Sequence record: SRR20825006_497
Strand: one strand, 5' to 3'
DNA length: 64,000 nt
This document shows positions 1 to 8,717 of the stretch, piece by piece. A model generated the notes under the pieces. The model made no database searches. It was not told the origin of the DNA and saw only the letters and a list, made by a program, of their open reading frames with translations. Numbering within the stretch: the stretch's first letter is position 1; each line of letters opens with the position of its first letter. The position numbers were made by a program, and so were the translations under genes.

Positions 1-29
1 AACGGCTCAGTTCTGGGTGCAAATCAACA
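1..29. mobile_element. Probable terminal inverted repeat of an IS21-family element lying mostly upstream of the window
   Basis: Reverse complement reads TGTTGATTTGCACCCAGAACTGAGCCGTT, resembling the TGTTGATT... termini I recall for alphaproteobacterial IS21 elements; no transposase within the window. Confidence 0.45.
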
Positions 30-168
30 TTCTTGCCTCTCAGCGCCACCGTTCCGTTCATCTCATTATCCGGTGATCTACCCGTCCCGTTCGTGTTGAG
101 ACACACCTTAGAAACAATGCGACGCCGCTGCCAGTCGCCGGAATCGGATAAGCGGGCATTTGCGCAGC

Positions 169-323
169 CGCAGACCGGCCGAGATCACCATCTTTGAATA
201 CATCAACGGCTTCTACAATCCGCGCTGAAGGCACTCAGCATTGGGCTGGAAAAGCCCCGCCGCTTTCGAACGGAAGGTGGCTTAAACGAGCACTTGGGGC
301 GGCAGATAAACGTGACAAGTCCA
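169..323 (+). pseudogene. IS3-family transposase (OrfB) C-terminal remnant plus right terminus
   Basis: Frame from 169 reads RRPAEITIFEYINGFYNPR*RHSALGWKSPAAFERKVA* (in-frame TGA 226-228, final TAA 283-285), the typical IS3 integrase tail (YN..R.HS.LG..SP); followed by a terminus-like sequence ending GACAAGTCCA at 323. Confidence 0.85.
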
Positions 324-425
324 TAAGAGAAAATCCGGACGCAAACGCCGCGGGGATTGCCACATGTCCTGCTGAACATTCCTTTCAGGTGGCATATTTG
401 GTCACGCCCCAGACCCGGGGCGATG

Positions 426-1571
426 TTACCCCACCTGACGCCCATGCGACCAGACGCCGCGAATGACCGGGGTGCCTTCGATCCGCGCGATACGGACCAG
501 ATCGGCGTGAAGCCCCTCCGCGATGCGGCCACGATCCGTCAGACCCACGGCATTTGCCGGATTGGTTGTCACCGTCGCAACCGCGCGTGGGATGTCGTCC
601 CACAGATCCGCCAAAAGAATGGCCGAGGACATCAGCGCCGAGGGCACATAGTCCGAGGACACCACATCCAACAGCCCGCGCTCGGCCAGATCATGGGCGG
701 CGACATTGCCGGAATGCGAGCCGCCGCGAATGAGGTTCGGCGCGCCCATCATCACCGCGATACCGTGCAATTTACAGGCCTGTGCGGCCTCCACCGTGGT
801 CGGAAATTCTGCCACCCGCACGCCATGCTGACGCGAGACCTCAACATGATCCGCTGTGGTGTCATCATGCGACGCCAAAACCGCACCGTATCGGTTTGCC
901 TCGGCCACGGCGACCTCTTCGTGACGCGCGCCATAGGTGTCGCGCAGCTCCAAAAGATGGCTGACATGCTCTTCGAATTGCGCGTCGGACATGCCGCGCT
1001 TTTTCTGCACATAGTCTTTGAGTTTGGAAATATCGCGAAACTGCCGTTGCCCCGGCGTGTGGTCCATCAAAGACACAAGACCGATGCGATCCTCGGGGCC
1101 GAACTCGGCCATTTCCGCCTCAAGCGTTTCCGAACACACCTCGGCACGAAGATGCAGGAAGTGGCTGATTTTCAAAGCGTTCTGATTGCGCAGCATCATC
1201 AGTTCGCGTGACAGGGAGCGTGCGTATTTGGCATAGCCCCCCGCATCCCCGGCCCGAATGATGGAGCCCACCCGCATTGCATCAAACACCGTGGTGATAC
1301 CAACCGAGGCCAGTTCGGCGTCATGGGCGATGATCGCCGCCTTATGCGGCCAATCGACTTTGGGACGCGGTTCGATGTGGCGTTCTAGGTTGTCGGTATG
1401 CAACTCGATCAGCCCCGGAATGATCAAATCCCCTGCCACATCAACGGCGCCGGGTACAGAACTGCCGCCCGTGCTCACATCGGCGATTTTGCCCCCTTCC
1501 ACGCGTAGAGTGCCTTGGATAACCTCGGTCTCAAGTACAATTCGGGCATTGGTCAGCGTAAAATCAGTCAT
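426..1571 (-). CDS. phnM: alpha-D-ribose 1-methylphosphonate 5-triphosphate diphosphatase
   Basis: Amidohydrolase motifs PGLIELHTDNLERH, HFLHLRAE, LMDHTPGQRQF, ASHDD, GAPNLIRGGSHSGN, SSDYVP; phn context. Confidence 0.95.
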   Translation of the reverse strand: MTDFTLTNARIVLETEVIQGTLRVEGGKIADVSTGGSSVPGAVDVAGDLIIPGLIELHTDNLERHIEPRPKVDWPHKAAIIAHDAELASVGITTVFDAMRVGSIIRAGDAGGYAKYARSLSRELMMLRNQNALKISHFLHLRAEVCSETLEAEMAEFGPEDRIGLVSLMDHTPGQRQFRDISKLKDYVQKKRGMSDAQFEEHVSHLLELRDTYGARHEEVAVAEANRYGAVLASHDDTTADHVEVSRQHGVRVAEFPTTVEAAQACKLHGIAVMMGAPNLIRGGSHSGNVAAHDLAERGLLDVVSSDYVPSALMSSAILLADLWDDIPRAVATVTTNPANAVGLTDRGRIAEGLHADLVRIARIEGTPVIRGVWSHGRQVG

Positions 1572-1611
1572 CGTGTCGTCCTGTTGAGAGACGCAGGGTT
1601 TGCCCGATCAA

Positions 1612-1629
1612 TGTCACAGAGGTGTGACA
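1612..1629. promoter_or_regulatory. Palindromic Pho-box-like site between divergent phnM and DUF1045
   Basis: TGTCACA-GAGG-TGTGACA perfect inverted repeat; each strand gives two 11-bp-spaced (C/G/A)TGT(C/G)AC half-sites resembling PhoB CTGTCAT. Confidence 0.55.
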
Positions 1630-1651
1630 CAAGAGGGCTAAGGACTGCGCC

Positions 1652-2335
1652 ATGGAAAAGTTTAAAAGATACGCGATCTATTACGCCCCCGAACCGGGGG
1701 CCTTGGCGGATTTCGCCGCGGCTTGGTTGGGCTGGGACCCGGTTTTGGGCGTGGTCGTTGCACACCCGGATCTGCCCCGCCTGCCTTGCCCCGTGGCACA
1801 GATCACCGAGGCCCCGCGCAAATACGGGTTTCACGGCACGTTGAAGCCGCCATTTCGCCTCTCTGGGCCGCTGGAGGCGCTCATTGCCGATCTCGAAGCC
1901 TTTGGCCGCACCCACGCACCGGTCGTTTTGGATGGGCTGCGTCAGAGCCAAATAGGTCGGTTTCTGGCTCTGACCCCCACGGGCGATCTCGCACCTTTGG
2001 AACGTCTGGCGGGGGAAGTCGTGAGCGCCTTGGATGTCTACCGCGCGCCCGCTGGCGAGGCCGAATTGGCGCGCCGCCGCGCGGCGGGCCTGACGCCCCG
2101 GCAAGAGGCGTTGTTGGCCGAGTGGGGCTATCCCTATGTGATGGAGGAGTTCAAATTCCACCTCACCCTGTCCGGCAAACTGACCGATGATGAGGCCGCC
2201 GGCACCAAAGCCGCTCTTGCCCCGGTGATCGCCCCGCTGTTGCCCACGCCCTTTGTCATCCGTGACCTGTGCTTGTTTGGCGAGGCAGACGATGGTCGGT
2301 TTCATCTGGTCCACCGTTACACTCTTTCGGGCTGA
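1652..2335 (+). CDS. DUF1045 family phosphonate-metabolism protein (2H phosphoesterase-like)
   Basis: RYAIYYAP, PRKYGFHGTLKPPF, WGYPYVMEEFKFHLTLSG; two H-x-T motifs; overlaps the phnN 3' end by 19 nt. Confidence 0.9.
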   Translation: MEKFKRYAIYYAPEPGALADFAAAWLGWDPVLGVVVAHPDLPRLPCPVAQITEAPRKYGFHGTLKPPFRLSGPLEALIADLEAFGRTHAPVVLDGLRQSQIGRFLALTPTGDLAPLERLAGEVVSALDVYRAPAGEAELARRRAAGLTPRQEALLAEWGYPYVMEEFKFHLTLSGKLTDDEAAGTKAALAPVIAPLLPTPFVIRDLCLFGEADDGRFHLVHRYTLSG

Positions 2336-2859
2336 AGGGCGGCAAGAAAGGCCGCGACCGCCTCGTCGAGGGCGCCATCATTGTTGACCCGGCGCACGGG
2401 CAAGCCCGGCGCAATGTCATATTCGGCTCGGGCCAGCCGTTTTTCAATCTCAGCGCGGGTTTCCCGCCCGCGTGACGCCAAACGGTCGGCCAGCACCTCG
2501 GGCGATGCGGTGATCAGCAAAACACCCATGTTGGGATAAAGCGCATAGGCCTCGGGCAAGATCGCGCGTGAGCCGTTGAACACCACATCGCGCCCCTCAT
2601 TGAGCGCGATTTCAATCTCGATCGGCACGCCATATTTCAGGCCATGCGCCTCCCAATGCAGCGCGAATTCTCCGGCCTCCAGACGGCGATCAAATTCCTC
2701 GACGCTGACACCTTCGAAATCCTCGCCCCCGGCAGAGGTGGGCCGGGTGATCACCCGACGCGCCACCGCCAGATCCCGCCGCACCGCACGTGCCGCGTCA
2801 ATCAACGTATCTTTGCCCGCCCCAGAGGGCCCGACCACGGCATGAAGGCGACCGACCAT
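2317..2859 (-). CDS. phnN: ribose 1,5-bisphosphate phosphokinase
   Basis: VVGPSGAGKDT P-loop, RRVITRP, FALHWEAHGLKYG, NGSR; start taken at ATG 2859. Confidence 0.93.
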   Translation of the reverse strand: MVGRLHAVVGPSGAGKDTLIDAARAVRRDLAVARRVITRPTSAGGEDFEGVSVEEFDRRLEAGEFALHWEAHGLKYGVPIEIEIALNEGRDVVFNGSRAILPEAYALYPNMGVLLITASPEVLADRLASRGRETRAEIEKRLARAEYDIAPGLPVRRVNNDGALDEAVAAFLAALQPERV

Positions 2860-2860
2860 G

Positions 2861-3544
2861 TCACACCACCTTCGCGGGGGTGAAATCGGAGACATCAATC
2901 TCGCGATCCGCCACCCGTGCGCGCGCGGGCGCATCGTGGAAAATCCCGATGATCGCGGCACCGCGGGCTTTGGCCTCCTCGATCAGGGTCAAAACGGTTT
3001 CGCGGTTGGTCGCATCGAGCGAGGCGGTCGGTTCATCCAGCAACATCGCCGGATAGGTATGGGCAAAGCCGCGCGCGATGTTGACGCGCTGTTGTTCGCC
3101 GCCCGAAAACGTCGTGGGCGACAGCGACCAGAGCGTTTCGGGAATGTTGAGCCGGGCCAAAAGATCACGCGCGCGGGCAAAAGCCACCTCTTTCGGTGTG
3201 CCAACCGAAAGCAACGGTTCGGCCACAACCTCAACCGTCGGCACGCGGGGCACAACGCGCAGGAATTGCGAGACATAGCCTAAGGTGGCGCGTCTGAGCG
3301 CGATGATTTCGCGCGGCTCGGCGGTTGCGACATCGACATCGCCCACCATGATCCGCCCGGATTGGCTAAGATAATTGCCGTAAATCATCCGCATCAGCGT
3401 GGATTTCCCCGCGCCTGAATTACCGATCAGCGCCACGCATTCTCCAGGGGCCACATCAAAGGTCGCCCCCGCCATCACCGGGATCACCGCCGCGCCTTGA
3501 TTGTGCAGCGTAAAAGATTTGGAAACATTTTCGAGATGGATCAT
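2861..3544 (-). CDS. phnL: C-P lyase system ABC-type ATPase PhnL
   Basis: KSFTLHNQG, GNSGAGKST, YVSQFLRVVPRV, TFSGGEQQRVNIARGF, LLDEPTASLD; start at MIHLENV. Confidence 0.95.
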   Translation of the reverse strand: MIHLENVSKSFTLHNQGAAVIPVMAGATFDVAPGECVALIGNSGAGKSTLMRMIYGNYLSQSGRIMVGDVDVATAEPREIIALRRATLGYVSQFLRVVPRVPTVEVVAEPLLSVGTPKEVAFARARDLLARLNIPETLWSLSPTTFSGGEQQRVNIARGFAHTYPAMLLDEPTASLDATNRETVLTLIEEAKARGAAIIGIFHDAPARARVADREIDVSDFTPAKVV

Positions 3545-3548
3545 AGGA

Positions 3549-4502
3549 TTACAGCCATTTTTTCCATTTGCATAAAAGATAAGTGCCAAGCCCCGAGCCG
3601 AGCATCAGCACTGTCGCGATGTGATAGCCGTAGGGGTTTTCAATCCCCGGCAAGTTCGGGAAGTTCATGCCATAGACGGAGGCGACCAAGGTGGGCGGCA
3701 TGAACAACACCGCCACCACAGAGAAAATGCGGCTGGTGTTGCTTTGCTCCAGATTGATCAGGCCAAAGTTCACATCGGTCAGTTGCGACACCCGCGCCGA
3801 CAAGAAATCGCCATGCACCGCAAGCGCCTGACAATCGCGCACCAGAGCTTTCAAAATCTCGCGCTGCGCCTTGTCGCCGCGCTCATCCAACCCAAGGCCA
3901 AAACTCGACAGCGCCCTCTCAACCGTCAAAAGCGCATGTCGGACTTTGGCCACCTGTTCGCTTTGCCGCCCCAAAATCCGCAGTGCCGAGGCCAGTTCAT
4001 CACCACGCGGCGGCGGGTCGCGAAACGCGATATGGGATTGCGCATCCAAGGCTTTTCCAACGCCTTCGAGCAAATCGGCCAGACGCGCCACGATCTCTTC
4101 GACCAGTCCCAAAAACACCCGCCGACGCCCGGAACAGCCCGCGCTTGATTGGCCCGCATGGGCGGCAAAGGTTTCAAACGGCCGCGGTGTGTGATAGCGC
4201 ACAGTGACCAAACGCTCCGGCGTGATCAAAAAGGCAACCGGGCCAAAGCTCGGCTCCTTCATCTTGTTGAGCCCCGGCAAAACCACGGTCAACACTTCGG
4301 TATCGCCTTCGCGGTAGAGCCGATTGGAGACCTCGATTTCCTCCATATCCGCGAGCGTCGGCACCGTCACACCAAGGGCTTTTAACGCCTCCACCTGCGT
4401 TTCCAACGGGTTCAGAAGGTCGATCCAAAGCGCCTCTTTGAGGTCGCCTTCAATCGGCATCAGTTCCAATCCAGAGGTCACAAGGCGGTAGGCATAAAGC
4501 AT
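3549..4502 (-). CDS. corA: CorA-family Mg2+/Co2+ transporter
   Basis: WIDLLNP, EIEVSNRLY, C-terminal FMPPTLVASVYGMNF (GMN motif) with two TM helices ending WKKWL; start at MLYAY. Confidence 0.92.
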   Translation of the reverse strand: MLYAYRLVTSGLELMPIEGDLKEALWIDLLNPLETQVEALKALGVTVPTLADMEEIEVSNRLYREGDTEVLTVVLPGLNKMKEPSFGPVAFLITPERLVTVRYHTPRPFETFAAHAGQSSAGCSGRRRVFLGLVEEIVARLADLLEGVGKALDAQSHIAFRDPPPRGDELASALRILGRQSEQVAKVRHALLTVERALSSFGLGLDERGDKAQREILKALVRDCQALAVHGDFLSARVSQLTDVNFGLINLEQSNTSRIFSVVAVLFMPPTLVASVYGMNFPNLPGIENPYGYHIATVLMLGSGLGTYLLCKWKKWL

Positions 4503-4506
4503 GGTG

Positions 4507-5304
4507 TCAAACCTGAAGCACGGAGGACACGAGCAGTTGCGTGTAGGCGTGTTGCGGATCATCCAAAACCTGATCCGTCAGCCCGGTTTCCACCACATGT
4601 CCTGATTTCATCACCATCAGACGGTCGGCCAAAAGCCGCACTACCGCAAGGTCATGGGTGACGATAATCGCAGACAGGCCCATTTCGCGCACCAATCCGC
4701 GCAACAAATCCAAAAGCCGCGCCTGAACGGAGACATCCAAGCCGCCCGTGGGTTCGTCCATGAATACAAGGCGCGGGCCGGTGACCAGATTGCGGGCGAT
4801 TTGCAGCCGCTGCTGCATCCCACCGGAAAAGGCCGTGGGGCGGTCATCCATCCGATCCTCGTCGATTTCGACCCGGCCAAGCCAATCCACCGCCTGCGCC
4901 CGAATATCGCCATAATGGCGCGCACCGACGGCCATCAACCGCTCGCCAACATTGCCGCCTGCGGACACGGACATGCGCAAGCCATCACGGGCGTGTTGGT
5001 GGACAAAGGCCCAATCGGTACGCGCCAGCATCCGGCGTTCGGGTTCGGACATGGTCAACGTGTCGATCAAGCCGCGATCACGGGTGTCAAACAGGACCCG
5101 CCCGCTGTCGGTCGGAATATGGCCCGCGAGACAATTCAACAGTGTCGATTTGCCGGAGCCGGATTCGCCCACGATTCCCATGACTTCGCCGGGGTAGAGA
5201 TCAAATGACACTTCGGTGCAACCGATCCGCCCGCCGTAGGTTTTGTGGATGTCTTTGACAGACAAAAGCGGGACGGGCAAAGGCGGGGTGATTTGCGCGC
5301 TCAT
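4507..5304 (-). CDS. phnK: C-P lyase system ABC-type ATPase PhnK
   Basis: GIVGESGSGKST, SAGGNVGERLMAVGARHYG, FSGGMQQRLQIARNL, LDDPQHAYTQLLVSSVL; ATGA overlap with phnJ. Confidence 0.95.
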   Translation of the reverse strand: MSAQITPPLPVPLLSVKDIHKTYGGRIGCTEVSFDLYPGEVMGIVGESGSGKSTLLNCLAGHIPTDSGRVLFDTRDRGLIDTLTMSEPERRMLARTDWAFVHQHARDGLRMSVSAGGNVGERLMAVGARHYGDIRAQAVDWLGRVEIDEDRMDDRPTAFSGGMQQRLQIARNLVTGPRLVFMDEPTGGLDVSVQARLLDLLRGLVREMGLSAIIVTHDLAVVRLLADRLMVMKSGHVVETGLTDQVLDDPQHAYTQLLVSSVLQV

Positions 5305-6167
5305 TGGGCGGCCTCCTCGGTCGGGCTGAGACGCCCACGGTGGCCCTTGGCCTGCCGTCCGGCGCAATAATCAGTGTCGGAACACACGAACATCCGCCCG
5401 CCGTCATCATCAATGATCACCTCATCCAGATACGTGTGTTCCGCACCGCAGAGATCACAGGGGTGATCGGCTTTGGAGGGATCAAACGGGTGATCTTCGA
5501 AATCAAGCGAAACGACTTTGGTGTAGGGCGGCACGGCATAGATGCGTTGTTCGCGACCCGCGCCAAACAATTGGATCGCCGCCATGTCCATTTTCGGATT
5601 GTCGAATTTCGGGATCGGCGACGGGTCCATCACATAGCGCCCCTCAACCTTGACCGGATAGGCATAGGAGGTGGCGATATGACCGTGGCGCGCGATGTCT
5701 TCGTAGAGCTTCACATGCATCAGGCCGTATTCCTCAAGCGCGTGCATTTTGCGCGTCTCGGTCTCGCGCGGCTCCAAGAACCGCAACGGCTCGGGGATCG
5801 GCACCTGATAGACCAAAATTTGCCCCTCGCCCAAAGGCTCCTCCGGGATGCGGTGGCGGGTCTGGATCACCGTCGCATCGCCGGTTTTTTCGGTCACGGC
5901 AATCTCGGCGGTCTTTTCAAAGAACTTGCGAATGGACACAGCGTTAGTGGTGTCATCGGCGCCTTGGTCGATGACTTTCAACGTGTCCTCAGGCGTCAAA
6001 CAGGCCGCCGTCACCTGTACCCCGCCGGTGCCCCAGCCATAAGGCATCGGCATTTCGCGGGAGGCAAACGGCACCTGATAGCCGGGGATCGCAATGCCTT
6101 TAAGGATCGCGCGCCGGATCATCCGTTTGGTTTGCTCGTCGAGATAGGCGAAGTTATAGTCAGACAT
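5301..6167 (-). CDS. phnJ: alpha-D-ribose 1-methylphosphonate 5-phosphate C-P lyase (radical SAM)
   Basis: YNFAYLDEQTKRMIRRAILK, MPMPYGWGTGG, C-terminal CDLC...FVCSDTDYC Fe-S/catalytic cysteines. Confidence 0.97.
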   Translation of the reverse strand: MSDYNFAYLDEQTKRMIRRAILKGIAIPGYQVPFASREMPMPYGWGTGGVQVTAACLTPEDTLKVIDQGADDTTNAVSIRKFFEKTAEIAVTEKTGDATVIQTRHRIPEEPLGEGQILVYQVPIPEPLRFLEPRETETRKMHALEEYGLMHVKLYEDIARHGHIATSYAYPVKVEGRYVMDPSPIPKFDNPKMDMAAIQLFGAGREQRIYAVPPYTKVVSLDFEDHPFDPSKADHPCDLCGAEHTYLDEVIIDDDGGRMFVCSDTDYCAGRQAKGHRGRLSPTEEAAQ

Positions 6168-6225
6168 AATCGACCCCCAAACGCGATGCCGCGTGCTGCA
6201 TGTATTTCTGTTCAAGGTATATTTT

Positions 6226-6471
6226 ATGAGCGATCTTCAGGACCAGCTTGTCTGTCAGGACCCGAAAATTCTCAGCCCGTTCATGTGCGAGCAAATTTAC
6301 GCGCATCCGAACCTTTTCGTACTGTTGACCGGTTTGGTCTTTGGCATCATCGGGCTGATCTTTCATAACGCGAGCCACACGCCAAAGTCCCAGAACTCTA
6401 TGCCCGGAGATTCCGGTAGCCACAGCAGCACAGGCTTTGATGGGTTTGACGATGGCGGCGGTTTTGACTGA
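6226..6471 (+). CDS. Small hypothetical membrane protein inserted antisense between phnI and phnJ
   Basis: 81 aa, one hydrophobic helix (LFVLLTGLVFGIIGLIF) and Ser/Gly/Asp tail (STGFDGFDDGGGFD); competing minus-strand ORF 6160-6477. Confidence 0.5.
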   Translation: MSDLQDQLVCQDPKILSPFMCEQIYAHPNLFVLLTGLVFGIIGLIFHNASHTPKSQNSMPGDSGSHSSTGFDGFDDGGGFD

Positions 6472-6473
6472 CT

Positions 6474-7562
6474 TCATTCTGCCGCCTCCTTGTGCTGGGC
6501 TGCAAAGATTTCCGCACGCATTTTGCGGACCAGTTCCATCTCGGATTGGAAATCCACATAATGTGGTAATTTGATATGTTCCAAGAATCCGGTCGCCTGA
6601 ATGTTGTCACAATGATACAGGACGAATTCTTCGTCATGTGCCGGAGAGTTCGACATCTCGACGCCAAGCTCTTTGGACCGCAGCGCACGATCGACCAAAG
6701 CCATGGAAATCGCTTTGCGTTCGGTTTGACCAAAGGTCAGGCCATAGCCGCGGGTGAACTGCGGTGGCTCGACCTTGGAACCGGCGAATTTGTTCACCGT
6801 TTCGCATTCGGTCAACTCGACCTCACCGATCTCAATGGCAAAGCCAAGCTCGGGAATATCCAGTTCCACCGCGACCTTGCCGATGCGCAACTCACCGACA
6901 AAGGCGTGACTGTTGCCGTAGCCGCGCTGGGTCGAATAGGCCATCGACAGCACGAACCCTTCGTCACCCCGCGCCAGCGCCTGAAGCCGCAGCGCGCGGT
7001 TGGCGGGCAGTTCCATCGGCTCGCGAGTCAAATCCGGCGGCGTGTCCTCCGAACGGTCCTCGGTCTGGATCAGCCCCTCCTTGTTGAGAAACTCGGTCAC
7101 ATGCGGCGTCGGCTCCAGTCGCGGTGCGGCCATCTGTGCCGCCATCGCTTCTCCATCCGCCGCCAGTTTGAAATCCAGCAAACGGTGGGTGTAATCGAAG
7201 GTCGGCCCAAGCACCTGCCCGCCCGGCACATCTTTGAACGTTGCGGAAATCCGGCGGTCACACAGCATGGTTTCGGTCTCAACCGGACGCGAATGGCCGA
7301 TGCGCGGCAAGGTGGTACGATAGGCGCGAATGAGGAAAATCGCCTCAATCAGATCGCCGCGCGCTTGCTTGATCGCAAGGGCCGCGAGATCGGGATCATA
7401 GAGCGAGCCTTCGGTCATCACCCGGTTGACGGCCAGCGCCAATTGTTCGCGAATTTGCGCCACCGACAGTTCCGCAACAGAGGGATCGCCCCGGCGCTCC
7501 TCGGCCAGCCAAGCATGGGCGTTGTCAATCGCCCGCTCGCCGCCTTTGACAGCCACATACAT
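6474..7562 (-). CDS. phnI: C-P lyase complex subunit PhnI
   Basis: MYVAVKGGERAI, EAIFLIRAYRTTL, RRISATFKDVPGGQVLGPTFDYTHRLLD, GFLEHIKLPHYVDFQSE. Confidence 0.97.
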   Translation of the reverse strand: MYVAVKGGERAIDNAHAWLAEERRGDPSVAELSVAQIREQLALAVNRVMTEGSLYDPDLAALAIKQARGDLIEAIFLIRAYRTTLPRIGHSRPVETETMLCDRRISATFKDVPGGQVLGPTFDYTHRLLDFKLAADGEAMAAQMAAPRLEPTPHVTEFLNKEGLIQTEDRSEDTPPDLTREPMELPANRALRLQALARGDEGFVLSMAYSTQRGYGNSHAFVGELRIGKVAVELDIPELGFAIEIGEVELTECETVNKFAGSKVEPPQFTRGYGLTFGQTERKAISMALVDRALRSKELGVEMSNSPAHDEEFVLYHCDNIQATGFLEHIKLPHYVDFQSEMELVRKMRAEIFAAQHKEAAE

Positions 7563-8146
7563 CAGTTCGCCTCCATCAGATCGGACACTCTGGTCGTGCG
7601 CGGCAGACCCGCAAGTCGGGTTCCGGCGGTGAAATAGAAATCAAGGCCCAGCGGGAACAACCCGGCATTCATTTGAAACGGCGCAAGATCGGGCAGAGCC
7701 AACAGGGCGCTGTCTTTGATCCCCGGCCCGCTCAGGCGCATCCCGTCCTGGCGCAGCGCCTCCATCTCCACGATCACCGTGGTCGAGCGATCCGGGTATT
7801 CCGGGGTGCCGATGGGGAAGGCCGTGATCGGCGAAAGGGCCTCCCATATTCCAAGCGCAAACATCGCGCGCTCTGGACCCACAATCGGCGCGCCGATGTG
7901 AAAGGCGACCCAATCTCGGATGTCCTGCGTGTCATGCGCCCCAGCCAGATAGATCGGTGTCTCCGGGTCACAGAGCGTCAGGATCAGGGTTGCCGCCGCT
8001 TCGGATACGGGTGCTGGGGCCTTGGCGCCCGAAATGTCATGGATCGTTCCGGGCCGCGCCAGCGTTTCAAGAGCAGCGCGAAAGGCGCGCGACGAGTCCT
8101 GTGGTGGGTTGGTGAAACCACCTGAGAGGCTTTGCATGTCCATCAA
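7562..8146 (-). CDS. phnH: C-P lyase complex subunit PhnH
   Basis: FRAALETLARPG, LTLCDPETP, GTPEYPDRSTT, LSGPGI, FPLGLD, GLPRTT. Confidence 0.95.
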   Translation of the reverse strand: MMDMQSLSGGFTNPPQDSSRAFRAALETLARPGTIHDISGAKAPAPVSEAAATLILTLCDPETPIYLAGAHDTQDIRDWVAFHIGAPIVGPERAMFALGIWEALSPITAFPIGTPEYPDRSTTVIVEMEALRQDGMRLSGPGIKDSALLALPDLAPFQMNAGLFPLGLDFYFTAGTRLAGLPRTTRVSDLMEAN

Positions 8147-8622
8147 TCTTCTCCCCGCACCATCGTAAAGAAATCGACCTTTGTGGCGGCTGCTTTTTCG
8201 GCGCGCTTAACGCGCTCTGACGCAAGCCCATCTGCCAATGGCGTCACAATCGTTTCCTGCACAGTGGACGCGTTTGCCCCCTGCATCATCGCATCCACGA
8301 TCGCCGCCTGTTCGGCGTGGCGTGTGTCGCGGCCCTGCACATAGGCGTGGCCGACCTCGCCCGTTTCAAGGCGCAGCGAACAGCGCGTGGCAGTCATTTC
8401 GCCCAGATTAAACGCTGTGCCCGTGCCACCCATACGGCCGCGCACCATCACGCCGCCGATCTCCGGCCGACGCAGCCAGTCAAACGCCGGAAGCGCACCG
8501 TAAGCCGTGATTGCCGCATTCAAATCTTTGGGATTGGACTTTGCCAAAACACTCATCCAAGCCTTTCGTGCGGCGGAATCTGGCGCCTCATCTTGACTGG
8601 GGGTCGGGTTCATTTTGTTCAT
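8143..8622 (-). CDS. phnG: C-P lyase complex subunit PhnG
   Basis: RKAWMSVLA, PEIGGVMVRGRMGGTGTAFNLGEMTATR, AATKVDFFTMVRGED. Confidence 0.95.
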   Translation of the reverse strand: MNKMNPTPSQDEAPDSAARKAWMSVLAKSNPKDLNAAITAYGALPAFDWLRRPEIGGVMVRGRMGGTGTAFNLGEMTATRCSLRLETGEVGHAYVQGRDTRHAEQAAIVDAMMQGANASTVQETIVTPLADGLASERVKRAEKAAATKVDFFTMVRGED

Positions 8623-8670
8623 CTAGACACCTTGCGGATTTGTCTGTTATCCTATACAACTAGACAAATC
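8623..8670. promoter_or_regulatory. Putative PhnF operator region
   Basis: Inverted repeat GATTTGTCT (8637-8645)...AGACAAATC (8662-8670) plus repeated CTA(G/T)AC half-sites at 8623, 8652, 8660, similar to HutC-type GntR operators; between divergent phnG and phnF. Confidence 0.55.
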
Positions 8671-8717
8671 ATCCCTGATCCGCGCCCATACAGCAAGCCC
8701 TAATTCGTGAAATTATT

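Noticed and set aside
194-532. ORFs 194-466 (+) and 203-532 (-)
   Set aside because: Alternative frames across the IS3 remnant; no RBS or recognisable product
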